From NCBI GenBank assembly GCA_045649405.1, contig JAZRPW010000038.1, positions 13,442 through 77,441 of the forward strand: a stretch of 64,000 bases of DNA. The letters run 5' to 3'. The notes under the pieces are model-generated. The model worked only from the letters and a program-made list of their open reading frames with translations. It had not been told where the DNA came from and did not search any database. The position numbers and the translations under genes are program-made. Below are positions 54,328-63,735 of this stretch, in pieces. The DNA comes from Acutalibacteraceae bacterium (GTDB taxonomy: Bacteria > Bacillota > Clostridia > Oscillospirales > Acutalibacteraceae). How positions within the stretch are numbered: position 1 is the first letter of the stretch; each line of letters begins with the position of its first letter.

Positions 54328-56127
54328 ATGGTATCTGTTATTTTACAATTAATTTTGTTGGGTGGCGGTCTTGCGTTTTTTATGTTCGGTATGAACATAA
54401 TGTCATCAGGCCTTGAAAAAATGGCTGGTGGTAAACTTGAGTCAGCGCTTAAAAAAATGACATCAAACAAGGTAAAAGCACTTTTGCTTGGTGCTGGCAT
54501 TACAATTGCAATTCAGAGTTCTTCTGCAATGACGGTAATGCTCGTTGGTCTTGTAAACTCTGGTGTAATGAAACTTGGCCAAACAATCGGCGTTATTATG
54601 GGTTCAAACATTGGTACAACTCTTACCGCTTGGATTACTGGTATGTCTGGTCTTGAAGGCTCAGGTTTGATGGATTTCTTAAAACCAGAAAACTTCTCGC
54701 TTGTTCTTGCTTTAATAGGAACAATCTTCACAATGTTCTCAAAGAGTGATAAAAAGAAAAACTTGGCAGAAATTTTCATTGGCTTTGCAGTGCTCATCTG
54801 GGGCATGGAGCTTATGTCAATGGCAATGGACCCATTAAAAGATGCGCTTGAGGCAGAATCTGCAGCAGGCGGCGGCACAATTCAAAGCATTCTTGGTTGG
54901 TTTAACAATCCACTCGTTGGTGTTTTGGTTGGCGCAGTTGTTACTGGTGTAATTCAAAGTTCAGCGGCTTCAGTTGCTATTTTGCAAAACTTGGCTGCAA
55001 CCGGCGCGGTTTCATTTGGCATGGCAATTCCTATTATTATGGGTCAAAACATTGGTACTTGTGCAACAGCGCTTATTTCATCAATTGGTGTTAACAAAAA
55101 CGCTCGTAGAGTTGCAGTTGTACATATTTCGTTCAACCTTATTGGTACAGTAGTTTGTCTTGTTTTGTTCTATCTTGCAAAATTCCTTTGCACACTTTTA
55201 ATACCACAACTTGGCATTTTTGATTTTGCACAAAATCAAGTAAACGGATTTGGCATTGCACTTGTTCACACAATCTTCAATGTAACTACAACTGCAATGT
55301 TAATTCCATTCTCAAAACAACTTGAAAAAATTGCTTATAAAGTTATTAAAGAAGATGAAACAGAAGAACAATTCACATTTATTGATGACCGTCTTCTTTC
55401 AACACCTTCAGTTGCTGTTAGTGAAAGTAATAGTAAAGCAATTGAAATGTTTAACATTGCTTATGAATCAATTACAGACGCAATTGATGTTATTAATCAA
55501 TATGATGAGCAAAAGGTTAAAAACATTTTTGAATGTGAAAACCAACTTGATATTTATGAGGACAAGCTTGGTACATATTTAGTTCGCCTTTCTCGTCAAG
55601 AAATGTCAGCAAAAGACTCTGACACAGTTTCAAAACTTCTTCATGCAATTAGTGATTTTGAGCGTTTGGGAGACCACGCAGTAAATCTTTATAAAGTTGC
55701 TGAAGAATTAAAAGAAAAAGGCTTAAGCTTCTCAAAACAAGCACAAGAAGAAATTAAGATTTTGTCTGGCGCATTACATGAGATTTTGTCAATTACAAGA
55801 CTTGCTTTTGAAACAGGGGATGTTTCAATCGCAGAAAAAGTTGAACCGCTTGAACAAGTAATCGACAGAATGATTAAGAAAATTAGAGCAAGACATATTG
55901 AAAGACTTAGCCAAGGCGATTGTACAATTGAACTTGGTTTCGTTCTTGCAGACTTGCTTAACAACTGTGAAAGGGTTTCAGACCACTGTTCAAACATCGC
56001 AGTTTTGATTATTGAAATTGATAGAAAAGAATTAGATTCTCACGAATATCTTTACACAGTTAAATATTCTGACAATCCAGAATTTAACGAAGCTTACGAA
56101 GAATACAAAGCAAAATATTATATTTAA
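54328..56127 (+). CDS. Na/Pi cotransporter family protein with C-terminal PhoU-like repeats
   Basis: Duplicated QSSSA motifs (AIQSSSAMTVMLVG and VIQSSAASVAILQNL) and a C-terminal helical region (ERLGDHAVN, ERVSDHCSN). Confidence 0.85.
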   Translation: MVSVILQLILLGGGLAFFMFGMNIMSSGLEKMAGGKLESALKKMTSNKVKALLLGAGITIAIQSSSAMTVMLVGLVNSGVMKLGQTIGVIMGSNIGTTLTAWITGMSGLEGSGLMDFLKPENFSLVLALIGTIFTMFSKSDKKKNLAEIFIGFAVLIWGMELMSMAMDPLKDALEAESAAGGGTIQSILGWFNNPLVGVLVGAVVTGVIQSSAASVAILQNLAATGAVSFGMAIPIIMGQNIGTCATALISSIGVNKNARRVAVVHISFNLIGTVVCLVLFYLAKFLCTLLIPQLGIFDFAQNQVNGFGIALVHTIFNVTTTAMLIPFSKQLEKIAYKVIKEDETEEQFTFIDDRLLSTPSVAVSESNSKAIEMFNIAYESITDAIDVINQYDEQKVKNIFECENQLDIYEDKLGTYLVRLSRQEMSAKDSDTVSKLLHAISDFERLGDHAVNLYKVAEELKEKGLSFSKQAQEEIKILSGALHEILSITRLAFETGDVSIAEKVEPLEQVIDRMIKKIRARHIERLSQGDCTIELGFVLADLLNNCERVSDHCSNIAVLIIEIDRKELDSHEYLYTVKYSDNPEFNEAYEEYKAKYYI

Positions 56128-56140
56128 TTTGAATTCAACA

Positions 56141-56174
56141 AAACACCTGCAACAAAAGTTGCGGGTGTTTTTTG
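56141..56174 (+). terminator. Rho-independent terminator
   Basis: Hairpin aacacctgcaac-aaaa-gttgcgggtgtt followed by TTTT. Confidence 0.85.
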
Positions 56175-56182
56175 CTTTTGCA

Positions 56183-56381
56183 AAATAGTGATATTTATTT
56201 GTGCAATTTTAACAAATGGCTAAATTGATTTGTGCAAAATGAATGAGGGCTATTTTGTAGTTTCTTAACGATAATTGAAAAATACTGTAAAAAAGCGTTA
56301 TTAGCCAGTATTCAAAATGATTTTGGCTTTTTGAATGCTTTAAAAAAATATGTTATTTTTAACAACAAAATATCACTATTT
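56183..56381. repeat. 14-nt long-range inverted repeat within the leader (aaatagtgatattt / aaatatcactattt)
   Basis: 56183..56196 is the exact reverse complement of 56368..56381. Confidence 0.7.
56199..56215 (+). promoter_or_regulatory. Candidate operator TTGTGCAATTTTAACAA (site 1), followed by a TGTGCA half-site at 56231..56236
   Basis: 17-mer with TTGT..ACAA inverted ends. Two further copies lie at 56445..56461 and at 35147..35163 (minus strand). Confidence 0.4.
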
Positions 56382-56444
56382 AACAAGAATTGACCCTGTT
56401 TATATGGTAATATTAAGCGTCTTTGAATAAATGTCGCCATTCAA

Positions 56445-56461
56445 TTGTGCAACATTAACAA
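56445..56461 (+). promoter_or_regulatory. Candidate operator TTGTGCAACATTAACAA (site 2), followed by a TGTGCA half-site at 56479..56484
   Basis: Same 7+3+7 architecture as site 1, ~140 nt upstream of the ATG at 56602. Confidence 0.4.
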
Positions 56462-56601
56462 AAGCCAGTGCGAAAAACTGTGCATTATAACTAAAATATA
56501 ATTATAAAGCCAAATTTCGACTGAAAATTTGTTCTTGTTGTATGATGAGTTGCGGGGTTTGTTATAGAGAAAACTCGAAAAAAGCAAAAGGAGATTTAGT
56601 G

Positions 56602-59600
56602 ATGGCAAGAGTTATTTCTATGGTTTTAGCGATTGTTATGGCATTTTCAGTAATGAGCATTGCCGTATCCGCTGACTCAAAATCGCTTTCTGCTATGGTA
56701 GCGTTGTCAGGTTCTGAAAAGAATGAAGCATCAAATGCAACATTCGGTACAGTATCTTACGATGAGCTTGCAACTTATGAAGAGTACATGAATGCAAACT
56801 CAAACGTTGCTGAGGGTAAAGAGCATATCGTTATTGACGCATCTAATCTTGTTTCAAAAACAGATAGTGCAGAACTTCTTGACGGTAGCGAATACCCAGT
56901 TGAAGGCGGAAAAAATTATGACAAGGTCATTATGACCGATGAAAGTGATGATATTACTTTCAAATTCAACCTCAAAAATGCAGGTAAGTATAATATCGTT
57001 TTGAATTATTATACTGTTGTCGGTAAAGACATTAGCATTTCAAGAGAACTTCAAATCAATGGCGAAGTTCCTTTTGAAAATGTTGCAAACTGTAATTTTA
57101 CAAGATGCTTTACTGACAAACTTGTAGAAAGAGAAGATGGAACAATTGGTTTCAAAGTTGACTACTATGGCAACGAAATGCGTCCTGACCAAGTTGAAAA
57201 ATTCACTTGGAAAAGCGAATATGTAATCGACAGCTTTGGTTATGTTTCAGACCCACTTGAGTTCTTCTTCAAAAAAGGTGAAAACACAATTTCATTAAAC
57301 GGTGTTGCAGAACCGGTTATTGTTGGTAGCATTGAAATTGTTCCTTTGACAAAAACAATTTCTTACGATGAATACATCAAACAATACTCAGGCAAAGATT
57401 ACCAAGGTGAAGAAATCATCGTTGAAGGTGAAACAGCTTTATACAAGTCTGATAAAACTCTTTATCCTTCAGTTGACGTTTCAACAGCTTCAACATCATC
57501 AGGTGACAAAAACATTTCTGCTTACACACAAACTGTAAACATCATCGGTGGCTCAAGCTGGGCTGGTACAGGTCAAACAATTACTTGGGTTTTGGGTGAT
57601 GATTTCAAAGAAGGTTTGTACGCTGTTAACTTTAAATATCGTCAAAACGTTAATGATGGTATGAACTCACCAAGACGTCTTTATGTAAACGGCGAAGTTC
57701 CATTTACTGAAGCTAAAGCACTTGAGTTTGGTTACACAAGAGAGTGGAGCATGCTTACTCCTGAAAAAGAAGATGCAAGCCAATGCTTGGTTTACTTAAA
57801 AGCTGGCGATGAAATCACTCTTGAAACTAACCTTTCACAACTTGGTGACTATTTGAGCAGAACAAATGAAGTTTTGACTGCAGTTAACGAAATTTATCGT
57901 AAAATCATCAAAATTACATCAACCGAGCCAGATAAAAACCGTGACTATCAACTTGATGAGTTGATTCCGGAAGATATCAAAGCAATCGGTCAAAACGCTC
58001 AAGTTTTACAAGAAATCGTTGATGGTATCACTGCTTATGCGGGCGAAAAGAGTTCAGGTCTTGCAATTATTGATACACTCATTCGTCAAATGACAAAGAT
58101 GTATGAAGACCCTGATGAAATCGCAAAAGAACTTGCTTATTTCAAAACAAATATCGGTTCTTTGGGTACATGGCTTAACAGTGCGTCATCAATTCCTCTT
58201 GAAATTGACTACATTTCATTCTCACAACCAGAAACAGAAATTAAATCACCTGAAGCAAATGCTTTCAAAAACTTTATTTATGGTGTGAACAGATTTATCT
58301 CATCATTCACAGTTGACTACAATGCAATTGGTAATGACAGAGAAATTGATGTTGATGATGAAAATACAATTACTGTTTGGATGGCAGGCGGTCGTGACCA
58401 ATTCCAAGTACTCCGTCAGTTAATCAACAGCACATACACAGTAGAAACTGGTAACCTTGTTAACCTTGAACTTGTTAACATGGGTGCTATTTTGCCATCA
58501 GTTGTATCAGGTATTGCTCCTGACGTTGCAATTGACCAAGCACCAGGTGAACCAGTAAACTTTGCACTTCGTAACTCAATTTACGATTTGAAAAACTTTA
58601 AAGATGATAAGGGTGTAGAAGGCTCAAAATGGGATATTTCTTATGATGATGTATTCGCAAAATTCCACCCAAAAGCATTCGAACAATACACATTCGATAG
58701 AAAAGGTTATGGCAAAGAAGAAGATATCGGTATCTATGCTATTCCTGAAAGACAAAGCTACATTGTAATGTTCTATCGTACTGACGTTCTTGCTGCAGAA
58801 GGAATTGCAATTCCTGAAACATGGGGACAACTTATTTCAACCATCACTGCTTTAAATAAAAAGAATCTTGAATTTGGTATGCCAGTAGCATCTGGTACAT
58901 TCTACGCAATGCTCAAACAAATGGGTGGCGAATGGTACAGAGAAGATGCAAAAGCAACAAATTTACAAACAGATGAGGCAATCAAAGCTTTCAAACAATG
59001 GACTAACTTCTATGTAAACTATGACTTGCCACTTACATATGACTTCCAAAACCGTTTTAGAACAGGTGAAATGCCACTCGGTATTGCTGAGTACACATTG
59101 TACAACACACTTGCAGTTGCAGCGCCTGAAATTAAAGGTAGATGGGGTTACACACTCATTCCTGGTACAGAGCGTGTTGATGAAAATGGTCAAAAATACA
59201 TCGACCACACATCAGCACTTGCAACAAACTGTGCGGTTATCTTGTTAGACAATGTAAACTACGACCTTTCTTGGAAATTCCTTAAATGGTGGGTATCAAC
59301 AGATACACAAGCATCATTTGGTAACCAAATTGAAAGCATTTTGGGTCGTTCATCACGTTACAACTCTGCTAACCAAGACGCTTTTGATAAATTGCCTTGG
59401 ACAGCAGAAGAAAAAATAGTTCTTAACGAGCAATTGGCTTGGGCTGACCCAATTCCACAAATTGCTGGTAGTTACTTTATTGATAGACACATTAACAACG
59501 CATTTAGAAAAGTTGTTTATAAAGAAAAAGACGCAAAAGACACTCTTTATGATTACGTTAATATCATTAACGCAGAAATTTCTAAGAAACGTGAAGAGTT

Positions 59601-59628
59601 CGGTTTGCCATTACTTGAAGAAGAATAG
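56602..59628 (+). CDS. Giant extracellular solute-binding protein (ABC SBP family 1-like C-terminal half) with two N-terminal beta-sandwich (CBM-like) modules
   Basis: ATG at 56602 lies 8 nt after AAAGGAG. Signal peptide ..MSIAVSA/DS. Duplicated module (YNIVLNYYTV..LQINGEVPFE and YAVNFKYRQN..LYVNGEVPFT). SBP-like region from ITVWMAGGRDQFQVLRQL to the end. Confidence 0.7.
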   Translation: MARVISMVLAIVMAFSVMSIAVSADSKSLSAMVALSGSEKNEASNATFGTVSYDELATYEEYMNANSNVAEGKEHIVIDASNLVSKTDSAELLDGSEYPVEGGKNYDKVIMTDESDDITFKFNLKNAGKYNIVLNYYTVVGKDISISRELQINGEVPFENVANCNFTRCFTDKLVEREDGTIGFKVDYYGNEMRPDQVEKFTWKSEYVIDSFGYVSDPLEFFFKKGENTISLNGVAEPVIVGSIEIVPLTKTISYDEYIKQYSGKDYQGEEIIVEGETALYKSDKTLYPSVDVSTASTSSGDKNISAYTQTVNIIGGSSWAGTGQTITWVLGDDFKEGLYAVNFKYRQNVNDGMNSPRRLYVNGEVPFTEAKALEFGYTREWSMLTPEKEDASQCLVYLKAGDEITLETNLSQLGDYLSRTNEVLTAVNEIYRKIIKITSTEPDKNRDYQLDELIPEDIKAIGQNAQVLQEIVDGITAYAGEKSSGLAIIDTLIRQMTKMYEDPDEIAKELAYFKTNIGSLGTWLNSASSIPLEIDYISFSQPETEIKSPEANAFKNFIYGVNRFISSFTVDYNAIGNDREIDVDDENTITVWMAGGRDQFQVLRQLINSTYTVETGNLVNLELVNMGAILPSVVSGIAPDVAIDQAPGEPVNFALRNSIYDLKNFKDDKGVEGSKWDISYDDVFAKFHPKAFEQYTFDRKGYGKEEDIGIYAIPERQSYIVMFYRTDVLAAEGIAIPETWGQLISTITALNKKNLEFGMPVASGTFYAMLKQMGGEWYREDAKATNLQTDEAIKAFKQWTNFYVNYDLPLTYDFQNRFRTGEMPLGIAEYTLYNTLAVAAPEIKGRWGYTLIPGTERVDENGQKYIDHTSALATNCAVILLDNVNYDLSWKFLKWWVSTDTQASFGNQIESILGRSSRYNSANQDAFDKLPWTAEEKIVLNEQLAWADPIPQIAGSYFIDRHINNAFRKVVYKEKDAKDTLYDYVNIINAEISKKREEFGLPLLEEE

Positions 59629-59642
59629 GAGGGGGAATAAAA

Positions 59643-60584
59643 ATGGCTGTTATGAGTAATGCTTCTAAAAAAGAAATTAGAGCTACTGACAGAAAATTGT
59701 TGAAGAGAAAATTCCAAAACAACTGGGACTGCTATCTTTATATTGCCCCTTGGGGATTAATCTTCTTCACATTTACAGTTTTGCCAGTTTTGGCATCAAT
59801 CGTTTTAGGTTTTACCTATTACAACGTTCTTGAGTTTCCTACTTGGATAGGGCTTGAAAACTATCGTCAATTGCTTGGTAATGATGACATCTTTATCACA
59901 GCGGTTAAAAACACATTAACTTTAGCGGTTGTTACTGGACCTCTTGGCTACTTAATGTCAATTATGTTTGCTTGGCTCATTAATGAGTTAGGTCCAAGAA
60001 CAAGAGCTATCATGGTAACAATTCTTTATGCTCCTTCAATTTCTGGTGGTGCATTTACAATCTTCGCAATCATGTTCTCTGGTGACTCTTATGGTTGGGT
60101 TAACGGTACATTGATGAACATCGGTCTTATTGATGAACCAATCCAATTTATGACTGATACATCTTATATGATTTGGATTGCAATGCTCGTAATTGTTTGG
60201 ATGTCACTTGGTACCGGCTTCTTGTCAAACGTTGCTGGTTTTAGAACACTTGACAAATCACAATACGAAGCAGGTTACGTTGAAGGTATTAGAAACCGTT
60301 GGCAAGAATTGTGGTTCATTACTTTGCCAAGTATGAAACCTCAACTTATGTTCTCTGCTGTAATGAGTATTACCCACTCATTCTCAGTAGGTGCAGTTAC
60401 AACTGGTTTGTTTGGTATGCCAAGTACAGACTACGCCGTTCACACAATCCTCAACCATATTGAAGACTATGGTGGAGCTCGTTTTGAAATGGGTTATGCT
60501 TGTGCAATTGCAACTGTATTGTTCGGTATCATGGTTGCTTCAAACGAAATTATTCAAAAAGCTTTAAGAAGGGTGGGACAGTAA
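59643..60584 (+). CDS. Carbohydrate-type ABC transporter permease (MalF/LplB-like)
   Basis: Six TM helices and an EAA-like loop YEAGYVEGIRNRWQELWFITLP. Confidence 0.85.
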   Translation: MAVMSNASKKEIRATDRKLLKRKFQNNWDCYLYIAPWGLIFFTFTVLPVLASIVLGFTYYNVLEFPTWIGLENYRQLLGNDDIFITAVKNTLTLAVVTGPLGYLMSIMFAWLINELGPRTRAIMVTILYAPSISGGAFTIFAIMFSGDSYGWVNGTLMNIGLIDEPIQFMTDTSYMIWIAMLVIVWMSLGTGFLSNVAGFRTLDKSQYEAGYVEGIRNRWQELWFITLPSMKPQLMFSAVMSITHSFSVGAVTTGLFGMPSTDYAVHTILNHIEDYGGARFEMGYACAIATVLFGIMVASNEIIQKALRRVGQ

Positions 60585-60585
60585 A

Positions 60586-61491
60586 ATGGCGATTAATACA
60601 AATACTGTTGACCTTAACAAACTTAAGGTTTCAAAGAAAAAATTTAACCCAGGTCCTGCAAGAAGTAGAGCCGGCGTTATTACAAACTTGTTGTTCTTAT
60701 GTGCAGTGGGCTTTTTAATGGTAGTTCCAATGGTTTACGTTGTTTGTAACGCGTTTAAACCACTTGATGAATTGTTCTTGTTCCCACCAACAATTATCGT
60801 AAGAAACCCAACCCTTTCAAACTTTAAGAGTATTTCAACTCTTATGAGTTCGTCTTGGGTTCCATTTTCAAGATACATTTTCAACACTGTATTCGTAACA
60901 GTTGTTGCAACAGTGTTCCACATTATGCTCGCGTCACTTGCAGCTTACGTACTTGAAAAGAGAGATTTTCCTGGTAGAGACTTTATGTCAAGAGTAATTG
61001 TCTTGTCACTTATGTTTACACCTGCAGTAACAGGTATTCCTAACTACATCATTCAATCAAAACTTGGTATGATTGATACATATTGGGTAATGATTGTTCC
61101 TTACGTAGGCGGTTCAATGGGTCTTTACCTTATGAAACAGTTTATGGCTTCATCAATTCCAAATGTATTGCTTGAAGCAGCACGAATTGACGGTGCTAGT
61201 GAACTTAGAATTTTCACACAAATTGTAATGCCACTTGTTAAACCAGCTTGGCTTACAATGCTTATGACATCTGTACAATCAATGTGGGGTATTTCAGCTT
61301 CAACAGTAGTATTTACTGAAGCTAAAAAACCTTTGCAATATGCTTTGGGTCAAATTGCAGCCGGTGGTATCGCTCGTACAGGTTCAGCAGCCGCAATTTC
61401 ACTCATTATGATTTTGCCACCATTGTTGGTATTCATTATTTCTCAAAGTAACATTCTTGATACCATGGCATCATCAGGTATTAAGGATTAG
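60586..61491 (+). CDS. Carbohydrate-type ABC transporter permease (MalG/LplC-like)
   Basis: EAA loop LEAARIDGASELRIFTQIVMPLVKP. Starts 1 nt after the upstream stop. Confidence 0.88.
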   Translation: MAINTNTVDLNKLKVSKKKFNPGPARSRAGVITNLLFLCAVGFLMVVPMVYVVCNAFKPLDELFLFPPTIIVRNPTLSNFKSISTLMSSSWVPFSRYIFNTVFVTVVATVFHIMLASLAAYVLEKRDFPGRDFMSRVIVLSLMFTPAVTGIPNYIIQSKLGMIDTYWVMIVPYVGGSMGLYLMKQFMASSIPNVLLEAARIDGASELRIFTQIVMPLVKPAWLTMLMTSVQSMWGISASTVVFTEAKKPLQYALGQIAAGGIARTGSAAAISLIMILPPLLVFIISQSNILDTMASSGIKD

Positions 61492-61507
61492 AAAGGGGAG
61501 GTAAAGT

Positions 61508-63718
61508 ATGTTAAAGAAAATTTTAGCGTTTTCGCTTGTTTTTATAGTGCTTTTTGGCTTTAGTGCAAGTGCAGCCTCCTCTTATAAATCATATGTTTAT
61601 GATAATAATGGTGTTGCATTTGAAGCCCCAGACGCTTTCTATTTTGATGAGAAAATTGACCTTGTTAATATGAAAGATGAAAAGGGCAAAACTGTTGATA
61701 TGTACTATCCAAGTGATATGTGCGTTGACAAAAATGGTCTTGTTTATGTTTCTGGTAAAAACCAAGACGAACAAGGTATGCTTTTGATTCTTAACTCTGA
61801 CTTTACTTTTAATAAGGTAATCAAGAGTTTTGAAAACGAAGTAAAAGTTTCTGAAACTGAAACAAAGGTAATCAAAAAAGACTTCTTTGGTGATGTTACA
61901 AGTACCTTTGTTGATGATAATGACGGTAGCATTTACATTTGTGATATGACAGGTGCTAATGCTGATAATACAAATTATGATGTTGTTGAACACATTAAAG
62001 AAGAAGGCTCAGGCCGTTTGATTAAACTTGACAAAAACTTCAACACCCAAATGGTAGTTGCTGGTGTTTCAAGTGAAATATTGCCTGATGACTTCAACTT
62101 TAAACCATACAAATGCGTTGTTGATAATTACGGAAGAATTTTCGTTCTCTCACAAGGTTGTACAATGGGTATCTTGGAACTTGATGACGCTGGTGATTTT
62201 GTTCAAACAATCGGTGCTCCAACAGTTACATACAACCCAATCGAACTTATCTGGAGAGCAATCAGTTCTGATGCTGCTAGAGAAGGTATGCAAGACTTCG
62301 TACCAACTGAATATAGCGGTATTGAAATTGATGATGAAGGATTTATCTTCGTAACAAACAGCACATTCAATAAATCAAGTTATAGTGGCATTGACTGTGT
62401 TTCAAGACTTAATGCTAAAGGTAATGACGTATTAAGAAGAGTTGAAGCAAGCAAACCTTATGGTGACGTTAATGCATCTTGGCGTGGTACTCTTGAAGGT
62501 GCTTCAAGACTTGTTGATGTTAAAACACTTGATTATGGTAACTACGCTATTCTTGATAGTTTGAGAGGTAAAGTTTTCTTCTATAATATTGATGGTGTAA
62601 ACCTTTTTGAGTTTGGTACAGTTGAAGACGACCCAGATGATGACCACGTAACATTTATTGAAGGCAACTTAGATGTGCCTGTAGCAGTTGAGTGGTTGAA
62701 CAATGAATGTATCGTTCTTGACTCTGAACTTCGCTCAATCAATGTTTATTCAATGACTGAATATGCAAGTTTAATTATTGAAGCTTCACGTCTTCACGAA
62801 TTAGACCTTTATGATGAAGAAATTGAAATTTGGAAAGAAGTTTTAAAACTTAACAACAACTCAGTTGCTGCTAAACAAAATATCGGTAAAGTTTATTACC
62901 GTGATGGCGAGTGGACAACAGCAATGGAATATTTCAGAGAAATCAAAGACCAAGAGAACTATTCTAAAGCTTATAAATATCGTCGTCAAGAATTAATTAA
63001 TGAATATTTCACACCAGCAGTTCTTACAATCGTTTTGATTATTGTGGCTTGTTGGTTATTCAAAAAGTTCAAGAAAAAATCAGACAAAGAGAAAAAAGAA
63101 TATGCATACATTAAAGAACTCAAATTCGCTAATGTAATGATGTTTAGACCTTTGAATGCACCTTGGCTTTTGACCCGTGAAAACAAGGGTTCAGTAAGAG
63201 CGGCAACAACAATTTTGCTTGCAGTTTCATTAATGAGCTTGTTCCAAGCAAGATTTACTGGTTTCATTTTCGACCCTAATGCTGAAGATGTTAATATTAT
63301 TGCAGAATTTGCTGCAATCTGCTTGCCAGTATTGTTGTTCACAGTTTGTAACTGGGCTGTTACTTCACTTATGAATGGTGAAGGTAGCTTCAAAGCAATT
63401 TACATGCAAACTTGTTACTCATTAGCTCCAATTCTTTTCTTGTATCCAGTTGCAATTGTTTTGTCAAATGTAATGGTACAAGAAGAAGGTGACTTCTACA
63501 CAGTATTTGTTACTTTAGCGCTTGTATGGGTATTAGGTTTGATATTCTTAGGTAATATGCGTGTTCATGACTATACATTAGGTATGGCTGTAATTGAAAT
63601 TGTTATTACAGTTGTTGTAATGTTGTTGGTTGTGTTCCTTGCAGTATTGTTCTTTGCTCTTATTCAACAAATGAGCGCATTTGTTGGTGATATCATTGAA
63701 GAACTCGCAACAAGATAG
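61508..63718 (+). CDS. Fusion membrane protein: signal peptide, NHL-type six-blade propeller, TPR-like segment, C-terminal Yip1-like 5-TM domain
   Basis: Repeated blade motifs (DKNGLVYVSG, DGSIYICD, DNYGRIFVLSQG, DDEGFIFVTN, YGNYAILDS, NECIVLDS). AAKQNIGKVYYRDGEWTTAMEYFRE is TPR-like. Five TM helices follow from residue ~505. Confidence 0.65.
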   Translation: MLKKILAFSLVFIVLFGFSASAASSYKSYVYDNNGVAFEAPDAFYFDEKIDLVNMKDEKGKTVDMYYPSDMCVDKNGLVYVSGKNQDEQGMLLILNSDFTFNKVIKSFENEVKVSETETKVIKKDFFGDVTSTFVDDNDGSIYICDMTGANADNTNYDVVEHIKEEGSGRLIKLDKNFNTQMVVAGVSSEILPDDFNFKPYKCVVDNYGRIFVLSQGCTMGILELDDAGDFVQTIGAPTVTYNPIELIWRAISSDAAREGMQDFVPTEYSGIEIDDEGFIFVTNSTFNKSSYSGIDCVSRLNAKGNDVLRRVEASKPYGDVNASWRGTLEGASRLVDVKTLDYGNYAILDSLRGKVFFYNIDGVNLFEFGTVEDDPDDDHVTFIEGNLDVPVAVEWLNNECIVLDSELRSINVYSMTEYASLIIEASRLHELDLYDEEIEIWKEVLKLNNNSVAAKQNIGKVYYRDGEWTTAMEYFREIKDQENYSKAYKYRRQELINEYFTPAVLTIVLIIVACWLFKKFKKKSDKEKKEYAYIKELKFANVMMFRPLNAPWLLTRENKGSVRAATTILLAVSLMSLFQARFTGFIFDPNAEDVNIIAEFAAICLPVLLFTVCNWAVTSLMNGEGSFKAIYMQTCYSLAPILFLYPVAIVLSNVMVQEEGDFYTVFVTLALVWVLGLIFLGNMRVHDYTLGMAVIEIVITVVVMLLVVFLAVLFFALIQQMSAFVGDIIEELATR

Positions 63719-63735
63719 AAAGGAGAAGGTTATTT

